From contig JBBTSX010000005.1 of assembly GCA_038064535.1 (NCBI GenBank), forward strand, positions 13,051-77,050: DNA of 64,000 bases. Reading direction: 5' to 3'. Below the pieces are notes generated by a model. The model was not told the DNA's origin and searched no databases. It saw nothing but the letters and a program-made list of their open reading frames with translations. This stretch comes from Patescibacteria group bacterium (GTDB lineage: Bacteria > Patescibacteriota > Minisyncoccia > Phycocordibacterales > UBA2100). This document shows positions 10,066 through 19,638 of the stretch, piece after piece. A program made the translations under genes and the position numbers. How positions within the stretch are numbered: the stretch's first letter is position 1; every line of letters starts with the position of its first letter.

Positions 10066-10566
10066 ATGCAATTCCAAGTTCCTCAATTTATAGAAGTCGA
10101 AGACAAGATTTTCGGGCCCCTGACCTTCAGGCAGTTCATTTTTATCGCCGGAGGACTCGGAATGGCCTACGTACTGTGGCGATTACTGCCCATTTATTTC
10201 GCCGCGCCGCTCATCCTCGGGGTAGGAGCGCTCGCGGCGGCGCTTGCGTTCTTCCAATTCAACGGCCGCCCGTTTATCATCGCGCTTGAGAATGGTTTTT
10301 ACTACATAATCCGCTCGAAATTGTACCTTTGGAACAACGCTAACAAGAAACGGGCGGTGAAGACAGCCGCAGTCGCCACGAGGAACGATGTGTACATCCC
10401 CAAGATTTCCGACAGCAAACTGCATGAGCTCGCATGGAGCCTCGACATCAAAGAACGTATCGCCGCCGGCACCGCGGGGGACGACGAGCGCGGTAGCGCA
10501 CTCACCGGTGTCCGCACGCCAAAAGAAATCCTGTCGCACATGAGCACACGTACGGTCACGCAATAA
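10066..10566 (+). CDS. PrgI family membrane protein
   Basis: MQFQVPQFIEVEDKIFGPLTFRQF followed by two TM segments and NGRPF. Confidence 0.85.
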   Translation: MQFQVPQFIEVEDKIFGPLTFRQFIFIAGGLGMAYVLWRLLPIYFAAPLILGVGALAAALAFFQFNGRPFIIALENGFYYIIRSKLYLWNNANKKRAVKTAAVATRNDVYIPKISDSKLHELAWSLDIKERIAAGTAGDDERGSALTGVRTPKEILSHMSTRTVTQ

Positions 10567-10569
10567 CCT

Positions 10570-11238
10570 ATGGCAGAAACTCCAATCATGACGCCGCGCG
10601 CAAACGCCAAGTCGACACAGGACTTCGTGCCGATTTCCGAAGTACGCGATGGCGTCGTGGTCCTCAAAGACGGCGGACTGCGCGCGATCCTGCTCGCGTC
10701 GAGTATCAACTTCGCACTCAAGAGCGAGGATGAGCAAACCGCGTTCATCGTGCAATTCCAAAATTTCCTCAACTCTCTCGACTTTTCGGTGCAAATATTC
10801 GTGCAGTCGCGCATGCTGGACATCCGTCCGTACGTCGCGACACTCGAAGCCGCATACAAGGAACAGCTCGACGACCTCATGCGTATCCAAATCCGCGAAT
10901 ATATCGAATTCATCAAGAGTTTCACCGAGGCCGCCAATATCATGACGAAAAACTTCTTCGTCGTCGTGCCGTATTCGCCCGCGGTCATCACGAAGCGCGG
11001 TGGTGCAAGCGCGCTGAATCCGTTCGGCAAAAAACAGACGGCGAGCGAGGCAGACCACTCATTCGAGGAGCAGGTGTCCCAGCTCGAGCAACGCATATCT
11101 ATCGTCCAGCAGGGCCTCGTGCGTACCGGTGTGCGCACCGTGCAACTCGGTACCGAAGAAGCAATAGAGCTACTCTACAAAATGTTCAACCCCGGCGAGG
11201 AGGGAAAACCGATGCCCGTAGAGACAGGGAATAGGTGA
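10570..11238 (+). CDS. TraC/VirB4 N-terminal-like protein
   Basis: STQDFVPISEVRDG..SSINFALKSEDEQ..FQNFLNSLDF; lies between the PrgI and VirB4-like genes. Confidence 0.75.
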   Translation: MAETPIMTPRANAKSTQDFVPISEVRDGVVVLKDGGLRAILLASSINFALKSEDEQTAFIVQFQNFLNSLDFSVQIFVQSRMLDIRPYVATLEAAYKEQLDDLMRIQIREYIEFIKSFTEAANIMTKNFFVVVPYSPAVITKRGGASALNPFGKKQTASEADHSFEEQVSQLEQRISIVQQGLVRTGVRTVQLGTEEAIELLYKMFNPGEEGKPMPVETGNR

Positions 11239-11318
11239 TAGGGATTAGGGAATAGTAAAATACAATACACCACCATGCCCTCACTACAACCTACAACCTA
11301 CAACCTATAACCTATTCC
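11225..11318. repeat. Two opposed arrays of degenerate 7-bp repeats (TAGGGAA-like and CTACAAC)
   Basis: Four units at 11225-11252; five units at 11284-11318. Confidence 0.8.
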
Positions 11319-11319
11319 T

Positions 11320-13239
11320 ATGGCATTCAGCGACCTTCTTCCGTTCAAGAAAAAAACCGCCGCAGGACCGGATATTTTGCCGGTACTACCCGAAGAAATC
11401 TACCAGACGGGGGTACTCGACCTGCAAGACGTCATCGCGCCGCACGCGCTCAAAGTAAACTCGCGCGAACTCGACTTGGGCGAGAAAATCGCGCGCACCT
11501 TCTTCGTCATCTCATACCCCAGATTCCTCACGACGGGATGGTTTGCCCCCATCATCAACATGGACAAGGTCATCGACATCTCCATCTTCGTACACCCGAT
11601 GGATACCAATGAAATGCTCCGTAAATTCCAGAAAAAAGTCGCCGAGGTGCAGAGCCAGATTTCGACACGCGAGCAGAAGGGGATGGTCCGCGACCCGATG
11701 CTCGACACGGCGTACTCCGACCTCGAACAGTTGCGCGACAGCCTTCAACAGGCGCAGGAGCGCATTTTTGACGTCGGACTCTATCTCACCATCTACGGCA
11801 ACACGCGCGAGGAAATCGACAAAGTGGAGAGCGATGTACGTTCCATTCTCGAGTCGCGTCTCGTGTACATCCGACCCGCGCTCTTCCAGCAGGAACAGGG
11901 CTTCCGCTCCGTCCTGCCGCTGTGCACCGACGAGCTCGACGTGCACACGAAGCTCAATTCCGCGCCGCTCTCGTCCATCTTTCCGTTCATCTCGTTCGAC
12001 CTCACGTCGGACCGCGGCATTCTCTACGGCATCAACCGTCACAATTCGTCTCTGATTCTCTTCGACCGTTTCTCGCTCGAAAACTATAACTCCGTGACAT
12101 TCGCAAAATCCGGCGCCGGCAAAAGCTACACGACAAAACTCGAGATTTTGCGCTCTCTCATGTTTGATACCGAGGTCATCGTCATCGACCCCGAGCGCGA
12201 ATACGAATACCTCGCCGAGACCGTCGGCGGGCGCTACTTCAACATTTCGCTTTCCTCCGAGCACCACATTAATCCTTTCGACCTCGCCATTCCGCGCGAA
12301 GATGAAAATCCGAGCGACGTGCTACGCAACAACATCATCACGCTCGTGGGGCTCTTCCGCATCATGCTCGGCGGGCTCACGCCGGAGGAAGACGCTGTTA
12401 TCGACAAGGCGATAACGGAAACCTACGCGCTCAAAGACATCACCTCGGATACCAACTTCGCGCAGGTCGAGCCGCCGCTTCTCTCCGACTTCGAGCTTGT
12501 ACTCTCCGGCATGGAAGGGAGCGAATCTCTCGTGCAACGTCTCTCCAAATACACCAAGGGCACGTGGTCGGGATTCATGAACCGCCCGACCAATGTTGAC
12601 ATGAACAAAAAACTCGTCGTCTTCTCGGTGCGCGACATGGAAGACGACCTCAAGCCGGTCGCGATGTACATCATTACGCACCACATCTGGAATCAGGTGC
12701 GCAAAGAGCTCCGCAAGCGCCTCCTCGTCATCGACGAGGCGTGGTGGATGATGCGTAGCGAAGACACCGCGTCGTTCCTCTTCTCCATCGCAAAGCGCGG
12801 CCGCAAATACTACCTCGGCATTTCGACCATCACGCAGGACGTCTCGGACTTCTTGAATTCCCCGTACGGTATCCCGATGATAACCAACTCTTCCATCCAG
12901 CTTCTTTTGCGTCAGTCACCGACATCGGTCGACCTTGTGCAGAGCACGTTCAAACTCTCCGACGAGGAGAAATACCTACTGCTCGAGAGTGACGTGGGGG
13001 AGGGCATATTCTTCGCCGGTCTCAAGCACGTCGCGCTCAAGGTCATCGCCTCGTATACCGAAGACCAAATCATCACCTCGGACCCGTCGCAAATTCTCGC
13101 AATCAAAAAAGCGAAGCAGGATCTCGAAAAATCGAGTGATGTCCCTGCGCCGGTGCGCCCCATCGCTCCTCACGCGCCGGGTACCGACACCGCGCCCGCG
13201 CCGCAAGCTCCTTCAAGCAACGCCTTACGGGAGGTATGA
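11320..13239 (+). CDS. VirB4/TraE-like conjugative-type ATPase
   Basis: Walker A AKSGAGKS, IDPEREY, Walker B LLVIDEAW, KRGRKY, ITQDVSDF. Confidence 0.92.
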   Translation: MAFSDLLPFKKKTAAGPDILPVLPEEIYQTGVLDLQDVIAPHALKVNSRELDLGEKIARTFFVISYPRFLTTGWFAPIINMDKVIDISIFVHPMDTNEMLRKFQKKVAEVQSQISTREQKGMVRDPMLDTAYSDLEQLRDSLQQAQERIFDVGLYLTIYGNTREEIDKVESDVRSILESRLVYIRPALFQQEQGFRSVLPLCTDELDVHTKLNSAPLSSIFPFISFDLTSDRGILYGINRHNSSLILFDRFSLENYNSVTFAKSGAGKSYTTKLEILRSLMFDTEVIVIDPEREYEYLAETVGGRYFNISLSSEHHINPFDLAIPREDENPSDVLRNNIITLVGLFRIMLGGLTPEEDAVIDKAITETYALKDITSDTNFAQVEPPLLSDFELVLSGMEGSESLVQRLSKYTKGTWSGFMNRPTNVDMNKKLVVFSVRDMEDDLKPVAMYIITHHIWNQVRKELRKRLLVIDEAWWMMRSEDTASFLFSIAKRGRKYYLGISTITQDVSDFLNSPYGIPMITNSSIQLLLRQSPTSVDLVQSTFKLSDEEKYLLLESDVGEGIFFAGLKHVALKVIASYTEDQIITSDPSQILAIKKAKQDLEKSSDVPAPVRPIAPHAPGTDTAPAPQAPSSNALREV

Positions 13240-14282
13240 AACGGCTCGCGCTCGCAGTCGTTGTTATCGTATGCGCGGTCGCTCCCGCGTATCTGCCCGC
13301 GCAGGCGCGCGCCCAGTTCTCGATTCCGGGCGCGGAAAGCGTTCTCTCTATTTCGTTCTCTCCACAGTATCCGGCCCCGCAGAGCACTGTCAGACTCACT
13401 CTGCAGAGTTCGCTGTACGACCTCGGCTCGAGCTCTGTTACATGGACGGTCAACGGGCAAGAGGTGGCTCAAGGAGACGCGGTAACGTTCATCGACGTGA
13501 AGACAGGCTCGCTCGGAAGCAAGACCGAGGTACAGGCCGACATCACAAGTGCGGGCGGCACGGCTTTTGCTACCGCGACCGTGGTTCCGACCTCCATCGA
13601 CCTCCTGTGGGAATCCGACTCGTACGTCCCTCCTTTTTACAACGGTCGCGCACTGCCGTCCGCGGGTTCTCGCGTGCACCTTGTCGCGCTCACACATTTT
13701 GTGCGTCCGGACGGCGGAGAAATCCCCGCGAACCAGATTGTTTTCACATGGACAAGGGATAGCGAAGTTCTGGGCAACCTCTCCGGCCGCGGTAAATCAT
13801 CGATAACAGTCGACGGACCGACCCTCTTCGGAACGGAGACGATTGTAGTGGAAGCGGCGTCCGTCGACGGAAGCATTGCGGGGCAGGCACTTCTGCGCAT
13901 TCCCGATACGGAGCCGAGGCTTATGCTGTACGAAGACCATCCGCTGTTCGGGGTGCTCTACCATCAGGCGCTTGGCGTCACCACGTTCGTGCCGAAAAAC
14001 GAAATGTCGTTCATCGCAATTCCGTACTTCGCCTCCGCCGTCTCCTCCGGCGACACGGGTTTGCAATACGAGTGGCAGGTCAATCAAAGTTCCGTCACCA
14101 CCAACGCGGCGTACAGCAACGAAATAACCGTCAACGCCGCCTCGTCTACCGGACTTATGGCACTCATCAATCTCTCGCTCACGCATGTGTCGAATTATTT
14201 CCTGAGTGCTGCGGGCTCGTGGAGCGTTACGTTCAACAAGAGTAGCGCCGGTTCATCCGGCGGGGACGTCTTTCATCAATAA
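13236..14282 (+). CDS. Secreted Ig-like beta-rich protein
   Basis: Signal peptide ending ARA; beta-strand-rich sequence; ATGA overlap with the ATPase gene. Confidence 0.8.
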   Translation: MKRLALAVVVIVCAVAPAYLPAQARAQFSIPGAESVLSISFSPQYPAPQSTVRLTLQSSLYDLGSSSVTWTVNGQEVAQGDAVTFIDVKTGSLGSKTEVQADITSAGGTAFATATVVPTSIDLLWESDSYVPPFYNGRALPSAGSRVHLVALTHFVRPDGGEIPANQIVFTWTRDSEVLGNLSGRGKSSITVDGPTLFGTETIVVEAASVDGSIAGQALLRIPDTEPRLMLYEDHPLFGVLYHQALGVTTFVPKNEMSFIAIPYFASAVSSGDTGLQYEWQVNQSSVTTNAAYSNEITVNAASSTGLMALINLSLTHVSNYFLSAAGSWSVTFNKSSAGSSGGDVFHQ

Positions 14283-14288
14283 CGTCGT

Positions 14289-15506
14289 ATGCCAGCTTCA
14301 CACCATTTATTCAGGTACGCGGTTGCCGCCGTCATCGTGATGGTGCTCGGTGGGCTTCTCGGTTGGTATGTATTTGTGCGTTCGCAGGTCAGGACGACAC
14401 AGGCAAACGACAGCGCGCGCGGCTTCGGCACGGCCGCATCGTTCGGGTCGCCTGCAGGAAGCACGTACACAAACTCCGCCGGGTCTGTTCCTTCGACTGA
14501 CATACAGTCCGCGTCCGGTAATCCGGCGCCGCGTCTCTGGAAAGTAACCGCGACGCCGGTTGCCGGTGCGGGCTTTGCCGCGTCTTCGACCCAACTGTAC
14601 TTCGCCGAGCGTTCGTCGGGCAATGTCTTACTCGCGGACCCGTCCGTATCCTCGGTGACCCGCCTCACGAATACATTGTTCCCGAAGGTATACGACGCGC
14701 TATTCGCATCCGACGGCTCCGTCTTGCTCCGCTCGGCGACGGACGCGGGCATTGTCACCACCTACGCCGGCACGATAAGCACGACGACTGCCGAGGGTCC
14801 CGTACCGCTCGCCGGTACCTATTTGCCGCAACACATCAAAGCGGTGAGCGTGCGCTCTCCGCAACAACTGTTCTTTCTCGTGGCTACGCCCACGGGCGGC
14901 ACTGCCGGTGTCACGGCAAATTGGAAGGGTGCGTCGCAAAAACCCGTCTTCGCTTCCACGCTACAGCAATGGCGTGTGTGGTGGCTCTCCGACGGACGCA
15001 TGTATGTCGCGCAACAGCCGTCCGACGGTATCATGGGGTACGCATTCACGCTCAAGGGTGGCGCACTGCAAAGCCTCGTGAGCGCCCCCGGTCTCTCGAT
15101 ATTGCCGCGCACCGGTTCTACCGCGCTCATCTACAGCAGTTCGGCCGGCGGCGTAAACCTGTTCGGGCAGACTTCGGCAAGCACCACGCCGGTGCGGTTT
15201 ACCGTTCGTACTCTTGCCGAGAAGTGTGTCTGGGCCCCCGGCAAAGATCTCGTTGCCTACTGTGCAGTGCCGCAGGTTCTGCCTACGAGAGCCGGTTATA
15301 TGGAAGAATGGTACCGCGGCGCGACGCACACGTCGGATGCGTGGTGGAAGGTAGACGTATCCGCCGGCACCGCACAAAGCCTGTTCACACCTGACTCCGG
15401 CACCTCGTTCGACGTTGAGCGTCCTGCCATTGACGGCAACGGCAGTTATATCGCTTTCATGAACGCCGCCGACAAATCACTCTGGATGCTTCGCATAACA
15501 CCATGA
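14289..15506 (+). CDS. Membrane-anchored beta-propeller-like protein
   Basis: N-terminal TM segment; TLAEKCVW..YCAVP..WYRG motif; ends YIAFMNAADKSLWML. Confidence 0.75.
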   Translation: MPASHHLFRYAVAAVIVMVLGGLLGWYVFVRSQVRTTQANDSARGFGTAASFGSPAGSTYTNSAGSVPSTDIQSASGNPAPRLWKVTATPVAGAGFAASSTQLYFAERSSGNVLLADPSVSSVTRLTNTLFPKVYDALFASDGSVLLRSATDAGIVTTYAGTISTTTAEGPVPLAGTYLPQHIKAVSVRSPQQLFFLVATPTGGTAGVTANWKGASQKPVFASTLQQWRVWWLSDGRMYVAQQPSDGIMGYAFTLKGGALQSLVSAPGLSILPRTGSTALIYSSSAGGVNLFGQTSASTTPVRFTVRTLAEKCVWAPGKDLVAYCAVPQVLPTRAGYMEEWYRGATHTSDAWWKVDVSAGTAQSLFTPDSGTSFDVERPAIDGNGSYIAFMNAADKSLWMLRITP

Positions 15507-15928
15507 CATCGCTTCGTTCACACGTTCGTGTCGCCCTCGCGTTACTCGCGTTTTGTATCGTATTCGTCGCCGCGGCTGTACACGCAGAGGCACCGCTGTG
15601 CGACGGGAAGGGTTTCTGTGCGCTTGCGATTCCTCCCACCTCGTCAAAACTGGGACAGCTCTATGGCACGACAAGCCTCGCCGGATTTCTCAACGGCCTC
15701 TTTACCGCCGCAATTTCCATCGGCGCGATACTCGCGGTGCTCAGAATTGCCTACGCGGGATATGAATACATGACGAGCGATGCGTGGGGGAACAAAGCGC
15801 GCGCAAAAGAAATCATCGGTGACGTTGTCCTCGGATTGATGCTCCTCCTCGGCACGTACCTGATTCTCAACCAAATCAATCCGCAACTGCTCAACTTAAA
15901 TATTCTGCAAAACCTCGGGGGCAAGTAG
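15503..15928 (+). CDS. VirB2/TrbC-like pilin-type protein
   Basis: Signal peptide; AILAVLRIAYAGYEYMTS..KARAKEIIGDVVLGL..LILNQINP pattern. Confidence 0.8.
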   Translation: MTSLRSHVRVALALLAFCIVFVAAAVHAEAPLCDGKGFCALAIPPTSSKLGQLYGTTSLAGFLNGLFTAAISIGAILAVLRIAYAGYEYMTSDAWGNKARAKEIIGDVVLGLMLLLGTYLILNQINPQLLNLNILQNLGGK

Positions 15929-15933
15929 ACCGG

Positions 15934-16491
15934 TTACTCCGTCGAATACTTGATGACGACGCGGCGATTTCGCCCCTCTCCTTGTGATTCTGTTTTTACG
16001 TTCGGTGCATCTTGAAGCGTTGTGTGAATAATGAGGCGCTCATAGGCACTCATCGGCGTGAGCTCCACGTCGTATTGAAAAGAGCGTGCGCGCTCCGCGA
16101 GCATGAGCGCTTTGGTCTGCAAATCTTTTATCTGCTTCGCGCGGTAGTCGTTGATGTCAACGAGGAACATCGGACTATCCGCTCCCTCTACGAGCGGTTG
16201 CCGCTTTTCCAAAATCTTTTTCACGAGCATGTCGAGCGCGTAAATGGTGTCGCCGTGCGCGCCGATGAGCGTACGCGCATCATCGGTCTCTATCGTGAAA
16301 ATGGTCTGGCCGGCGATTTCGGTGCGGGTGACACCCTTGTAGGAAACACCGAGCGCGGTCAACATCTCTTTGAGGATTGTTTCGACAGTGTCGGCGTACG
16401 TGTCCACCCCGTTAGAAGCTGACGTTGATTGGGTCATAAAAAATTGTTGTCCCACCGAGAGTCGCTCCGGGGAGCTTCTAACGGGGTCCAT
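15934..16491 (-). CDS. jag: Jag/KhpB (KH + R3H) RNA-binding protein
   Basis: LIGAHGDTIYAL, VDINDYR, PMSAYERLIIH, TESQGEG; downstream of yidC. An alternative start lies at 16437 inside the inserted element. Confidence 0.9.
   Translation of the reverse strand: MDPVRSSPERLSVGQQFFMTQSTSASNGVDTYADTVETILKEMLTALGVSYKGVTRTEIAGQTIFTIETDDARTLIGAHGDTIYALDMLVKKILEKRQPLVEGADSPMFLVDINDYRAKQIKDLQTKALMLAERARSFQYDVELTPMSAYERLIIHTTLQDAPNVKTESQGEGRNRRVVIKYSTE
16407..16486. mobile_element. CCCCGTTAGAA element, copy 4
   Basis: CCCCGTTAGAAGCT/AGCTTCTAACGGGG arms; perfect TCCA duplication at 16403-16406 and 16487-16490. Confidence 0.88.
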
Positions 16492-16532
16492 TGGGGCACT
16501 ATACGCTATTTTCCCGCGCCGTGCGAATACCC

Positions 16533-17273
16533 CTATGTTGAGCCCTTTTTTGAGTGTCCAAAGCGGCGACCGGTCATGAGCTCCTGCGCAATCATAAAGA
16601 TGTTGCCGGTAATCCAGTAGAGCGGCGCGGCTGCGGCTATGAAGTAGGCGATAACTCCGACCATCACAGGAAGCATGTAGCGGGCCTGCAAATCGAAGCT
16701 TCTCGCCATGTCGTTGCTGAACGAGGCTTCGGTCGCCGTCTTTTCTCCGCGCGGCCCCATGGAGAGGCGCGTGTAGATGAACTGCGCGACGACCGCGAGC
16801 ACGGCAAGCACGAGCGAGCGACTCGACATGTTGATGAGACCGAGAAATTCCATATTCACGGCATCCGGTACTGTGACGAACGGGTAGAGGATGACTGTGT
16901 GTATTTCGGGCAATCCGCCGAGCGCGAATACCCAGTAGAGGCCGAGCAGTATGGGGAGTTGAATGAGAATGAGCAAAAAGCCGGAGAACGGTTTGACCCC
17001 CCGCTCACGGTACAGTGCAAAGATTGCCTTGCTTTGCTCTTCGGGCTTATCTTTGAGTCTTTTCTTGAGCTCTTCGACCTCGGGAGCGACCTCTTTCATT
17101 TTCATCTGTGTCTTGATGGCGCTCCTCGATAGCGGATAGAGCACGATGCGGACAATAATGGTCACGATGATGACGGCGATACCGACATCGTGAGTCGGTA
17201 GAATGCCTACAAAATAAACAAGCCCGTTGTATATCGGGTTGTAGACGAGCGTGTCGAATACGGCGCTTATCAT
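16533..17273 (-). CDS. yidC: Membrane protein insertase YidC
   Basis: GIAVIIVTIIVRIVLYPL, LILIQLPILLGLY, LYWITGN; canonical position. Confidence 0.95.
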   Translation of the reverse strand: MISAVFDTLVYNPIYNGLVYFVGILPTHDVGIAVIIVTIIVRIVLYPLSRSAIKTQMKMKEVAPEVEELKKRLKDKPEEQSKAIFALYRERGVKPFSGFLLILIQLPILLGLYWVFALGGLPEIHTVILYPFVTVPDAVNMEFLGLINMSSRSLVLAVLAVVAQFIYTRLSMGPRGEKTATEASFSNDMARSFDLQARYMLPVMVGVIAYFIAAAAPLYWITGNIFMIAQELMTGRRFGHSKKGST

Positions 17274-17318
17274 AATTCAACGATTGTATACCGTATCCCG
17301 CCGCGCGTACACAGTAAG

Positions 17319-17633
17319 CTAACAGCGGCTGATGAGCGCAGCGATATCGTCGCGGATATCCGCGAACGAGGCTCCGGCGGCATCACGCTTGGCGACGAAT
17401 ACATACGTGCCGGCGGGAGCGACGCCGAGATGCTTGAGAAGGGAAGCGCGGAAGCGGCGTTTGATGAGATTGCGGTCGACGGCTTTCGCGGCGACTTTCT
17501 TGGAAACGACTATGCCGAAGCGCGCGGTTTTGCCGCCGGAGGTGGCCGAAACGGAGAAAAAAGCTCCGCTCACGCGACGAGCGGCTCGAGTGTTCCTCAT
17601 TTCTGCTCCGGTGAGACGGTGCTTGGGAGGCAT
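17319..17633 (-). CDS. rnpA: RNase P protein component
   Basis: RFGIVVSKKVAAKAVDRNLIKRR; TAATG overlap with rpmH. Confidence 0.93.
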   Translation of the reverse strand: MPPKHRLTGAEMRNTRAARRVSGAFFSVSATSGGKTARFGIVVSKKVAAKAVDRNLIKRRFRASLLKHLGVAPAGTYVFVAKRDAAGASFADIRDDIAALISRC

Positions 17634-17767
17634 TACACGGAAAGGCGGGCGCGACCTTTGCGACGGCGGCGCTGTAAGAGCTTGCGGCCTGTCGGCGTGG
17701 AGCTCCTCACGCGGAACCCATGCGTCTTCTGGCGCTTGCGCTTTTTCGGCTGGTACGTGCGTTTCAT
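17633..17767 (-). CDS. rpmH: 50S ribosomal protein L34 (absent from the ORF track)
   Basis: Translates as [44 protein letters not shown]. Confidence 0.97.
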   Translation of the reverse strand: MKRTYQPKKRKRQKTHGFRVRSSTPTGRKLLQRRRRKGRARLSV

Positions 17768-17830
17768 GACCCGAACTATACGGGTAAATGCACCGAATTA
17801 CAAGCATTTTTCTCTTTCCACCTCAAACAA

Positions 17831-17932
17831 GGACGGTTGCGTGCGTTTGCCGTGTTCGCAGCCGCGTCGGCGGCGAGATTCAGCGCTGCGCGAGCACGCG
17901 CAGACAGCGACGGCAAACGCACGCAACCGTCC
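17831..17932. repeat. 23-bp perfect inverted repeat with internal hairpins
   Basis: GGACGGTTGCGTGCGTTTGCCGT at 17831-17853 and its reverse complement at 17910-17932. Confidence 0.85.
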
Positions 17933-17950
17933 GCCGCACTTCTCCCCACT

Positions 17951-17959
17951 TTATCCACA
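17951..17959 (+). promoter_or_regulatory. DnaA box upstream of dnaA
   Basis: Perfect TTATCCACA. Confidence 0.8.
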
Positions 17960-18049
17960 CGTTGTTCACCCCATCCGGAAAATCGCGAACGCTTCACGGA
18001 AGACAAACGGCGCGTATAATGTCTGAGCTTACGACATGCGCATGACACT

Positions 18050-19399
18050 ATGACGACAAACAGAGAATTATGGCAAAATGCGCTCGTTCAGATCGAATTG
18101 GGAACATCGCAGGCATCGTTCCGCACGTGGTTCAGGAACACCGACATCGCCTCGCGCGATACGGGCACCGTCCAGGTGGCTGTCCCGTCAAAAATCGTGA
18201 AAGAATGGCTCATGGAGAAGCACCACAAGCTCATACTGAAGGCGCTCCGCGGTCTCGACAACACCGTACGAACCGTTGAGTACGTCGTGCACCGCACACC
18301 ACCTTCGGCAGAGCGTAAGGTGCCGCGTCCTCAGCCGGCGGAAAATGCTTCATTCGATCTTCAGTCTCTTTATATAGACAAGCGCGACAATTTAAACCCG
18401 AGGTATACGTTCGAAACCTTCGTCGTGGGTCCGTTCAACCAACTCGCGCACGCAGCGGCAAAGGCCGTGCTCGAACGACCGGGTCTTGCATACAATCCGC
18501 TTTTCATCTATGGGCAAACCGGCCACGGTAAGACGCACCTCATCCAAGCGGTAGGGAACTATTTCAAAAAATCGCACGCAAACAAAAAAGTGCTGTATGT
18601 TACCTCGGAGCGGTTTGCCGTTGATTACATTAATTCGGTGCGCGCGGGTCGCGCCAACAGCTTCAAAGACCAGTACCGGCAGTACGACGTACTCATCATG
18701 GACGACGTGCAGTTCATCGCCAACACGGAAAAGACACAGGAGGAATTGTTTCACCTGTTCAACGCGCTTCACGACAACAACAAGCAAATCGTGTTCTCCA
18801 GCGACAAGCACCCGACACTGCTCCCCGGATTTGAAGACCGGCTCAAAGGGCGCTTCTCGGCCGGCATGATAGCGGAGATACCGGAGCCGGACGTGGAGTC
18901 GAGAATTGCCATAATTAAAGCCAAGATAGAGCAACACGGCTTCTCGCTTCCCGACGACATCATCCAGTACATCGCCGAGAACGTGCGCGGCAACATCCGC
19001 GAGCTTGAGGGTGCACTCAATATGATTGTCTGCAAGTCACAGCTCAAAGGCAAGGCGATATCGCACGCCGACGTGCGCGCGCTCATCAAACACAACGTGA
19101 AGCCAAACAGGGGTGTCTCCGTTGACGAAGTGGTACGGAGAATCGCGCAGTACTACGAGATACCGGAGAAGAGCATCTACGAGAAGACCCGTAAGAAGGA
19201 GGTGGTGAAACCGCGCCAGATTATTATGTACATGTTGCGCGAAGAATTCAGTGTCTCGTACCCCTCGATAGGGGAGAAGCTCGGTGGACGCGACCACACG
19301 ACGGTCATTCACTCGTGTGAAAAAATAAAAGAGGAGTTGAAAATGAACAATTCGCTTGAGCAGGAGATCGACCACATCCGCACACTCATTCACGCATAA
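18050..19399 (+). CDS. dnaA: Chromosomal replication initiator DnaA
   Basis: LNPRYTFETFV, YNPLFIYGQTGHGKTHL, QEELFHLFN, GGRDHTTV. Confidence 0.99.
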   Translation: MTTNRELWQNALVQIELGTSQASFRTWFRNTDIASRDTGTVQVAVPSKIVKEWLMEKHHKLILKALRGLDNTVRTVEYVVHRTPPSAERKVPRPQPAENASFDLQSLYIDKRDNLNPRYTFETFVVGPFNQLAHAAAKAVLERPGLAYNPLFIYGQTGHGKTHLIQAVGNYFKKSHANKKVLYVTSERFAVDYINSVRAGRANSFKDQYRQYDVLIMDDVQFIANTEKTQEELFHLFNALHDNNKQIVFSSDKHPTLLPGFEDRLKGRFSAGMIAEIPEPDVESRIAIIKAKIEQHGFSLPDDIIQYIAENVRGNIRELEGALNMIVCKSQLKGKAISHADVRALIKHNVKPNRGVSVDEVVRRIAQYYEIPEKSIYEKTRKKEVVKPRQIIMYMLREEFSVSYPSIGEKLGGRDHTTVIHSCEKIKEELKMNNSLEQEIDHIRTLIHA

Positions 19400-19638
19400 T
19401 GTCGCCGATAACCCTGTGGACAAACCCTGCGTAGAGCACTCACAACACACCGAACAACATCATGATAACTTCACCAAACAGTATCCGGAGTGAGTTGTCC
19501 CCGTTCTCTGCACATTTCGCACATCAGTTCTCAACAGTTCAAAATATCCAAACCACCTAATCAAACATTCACTTTAATTCACTTCTCCACATTATCCCCA
19601 GTACTAATAGAAGTAATAGTATTTAAATAAGAAAAGGT
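19400..19638. other. Probable oriC (dnaA-dnaN spacer)
   Basis: DnaA-box-like 9-mers at 19415, 19528, 19583 and 19592, followed by a TAN-trinucleotide run (DnaA-trio-like, 19602-19622) and an AT-rich stretch. Confidence 0.85.

Noticed and set aside
3188-15928. Conjugative element or prophage
   Set aside because: No relaxase, integrase, phage structural genes or boundary repeats.
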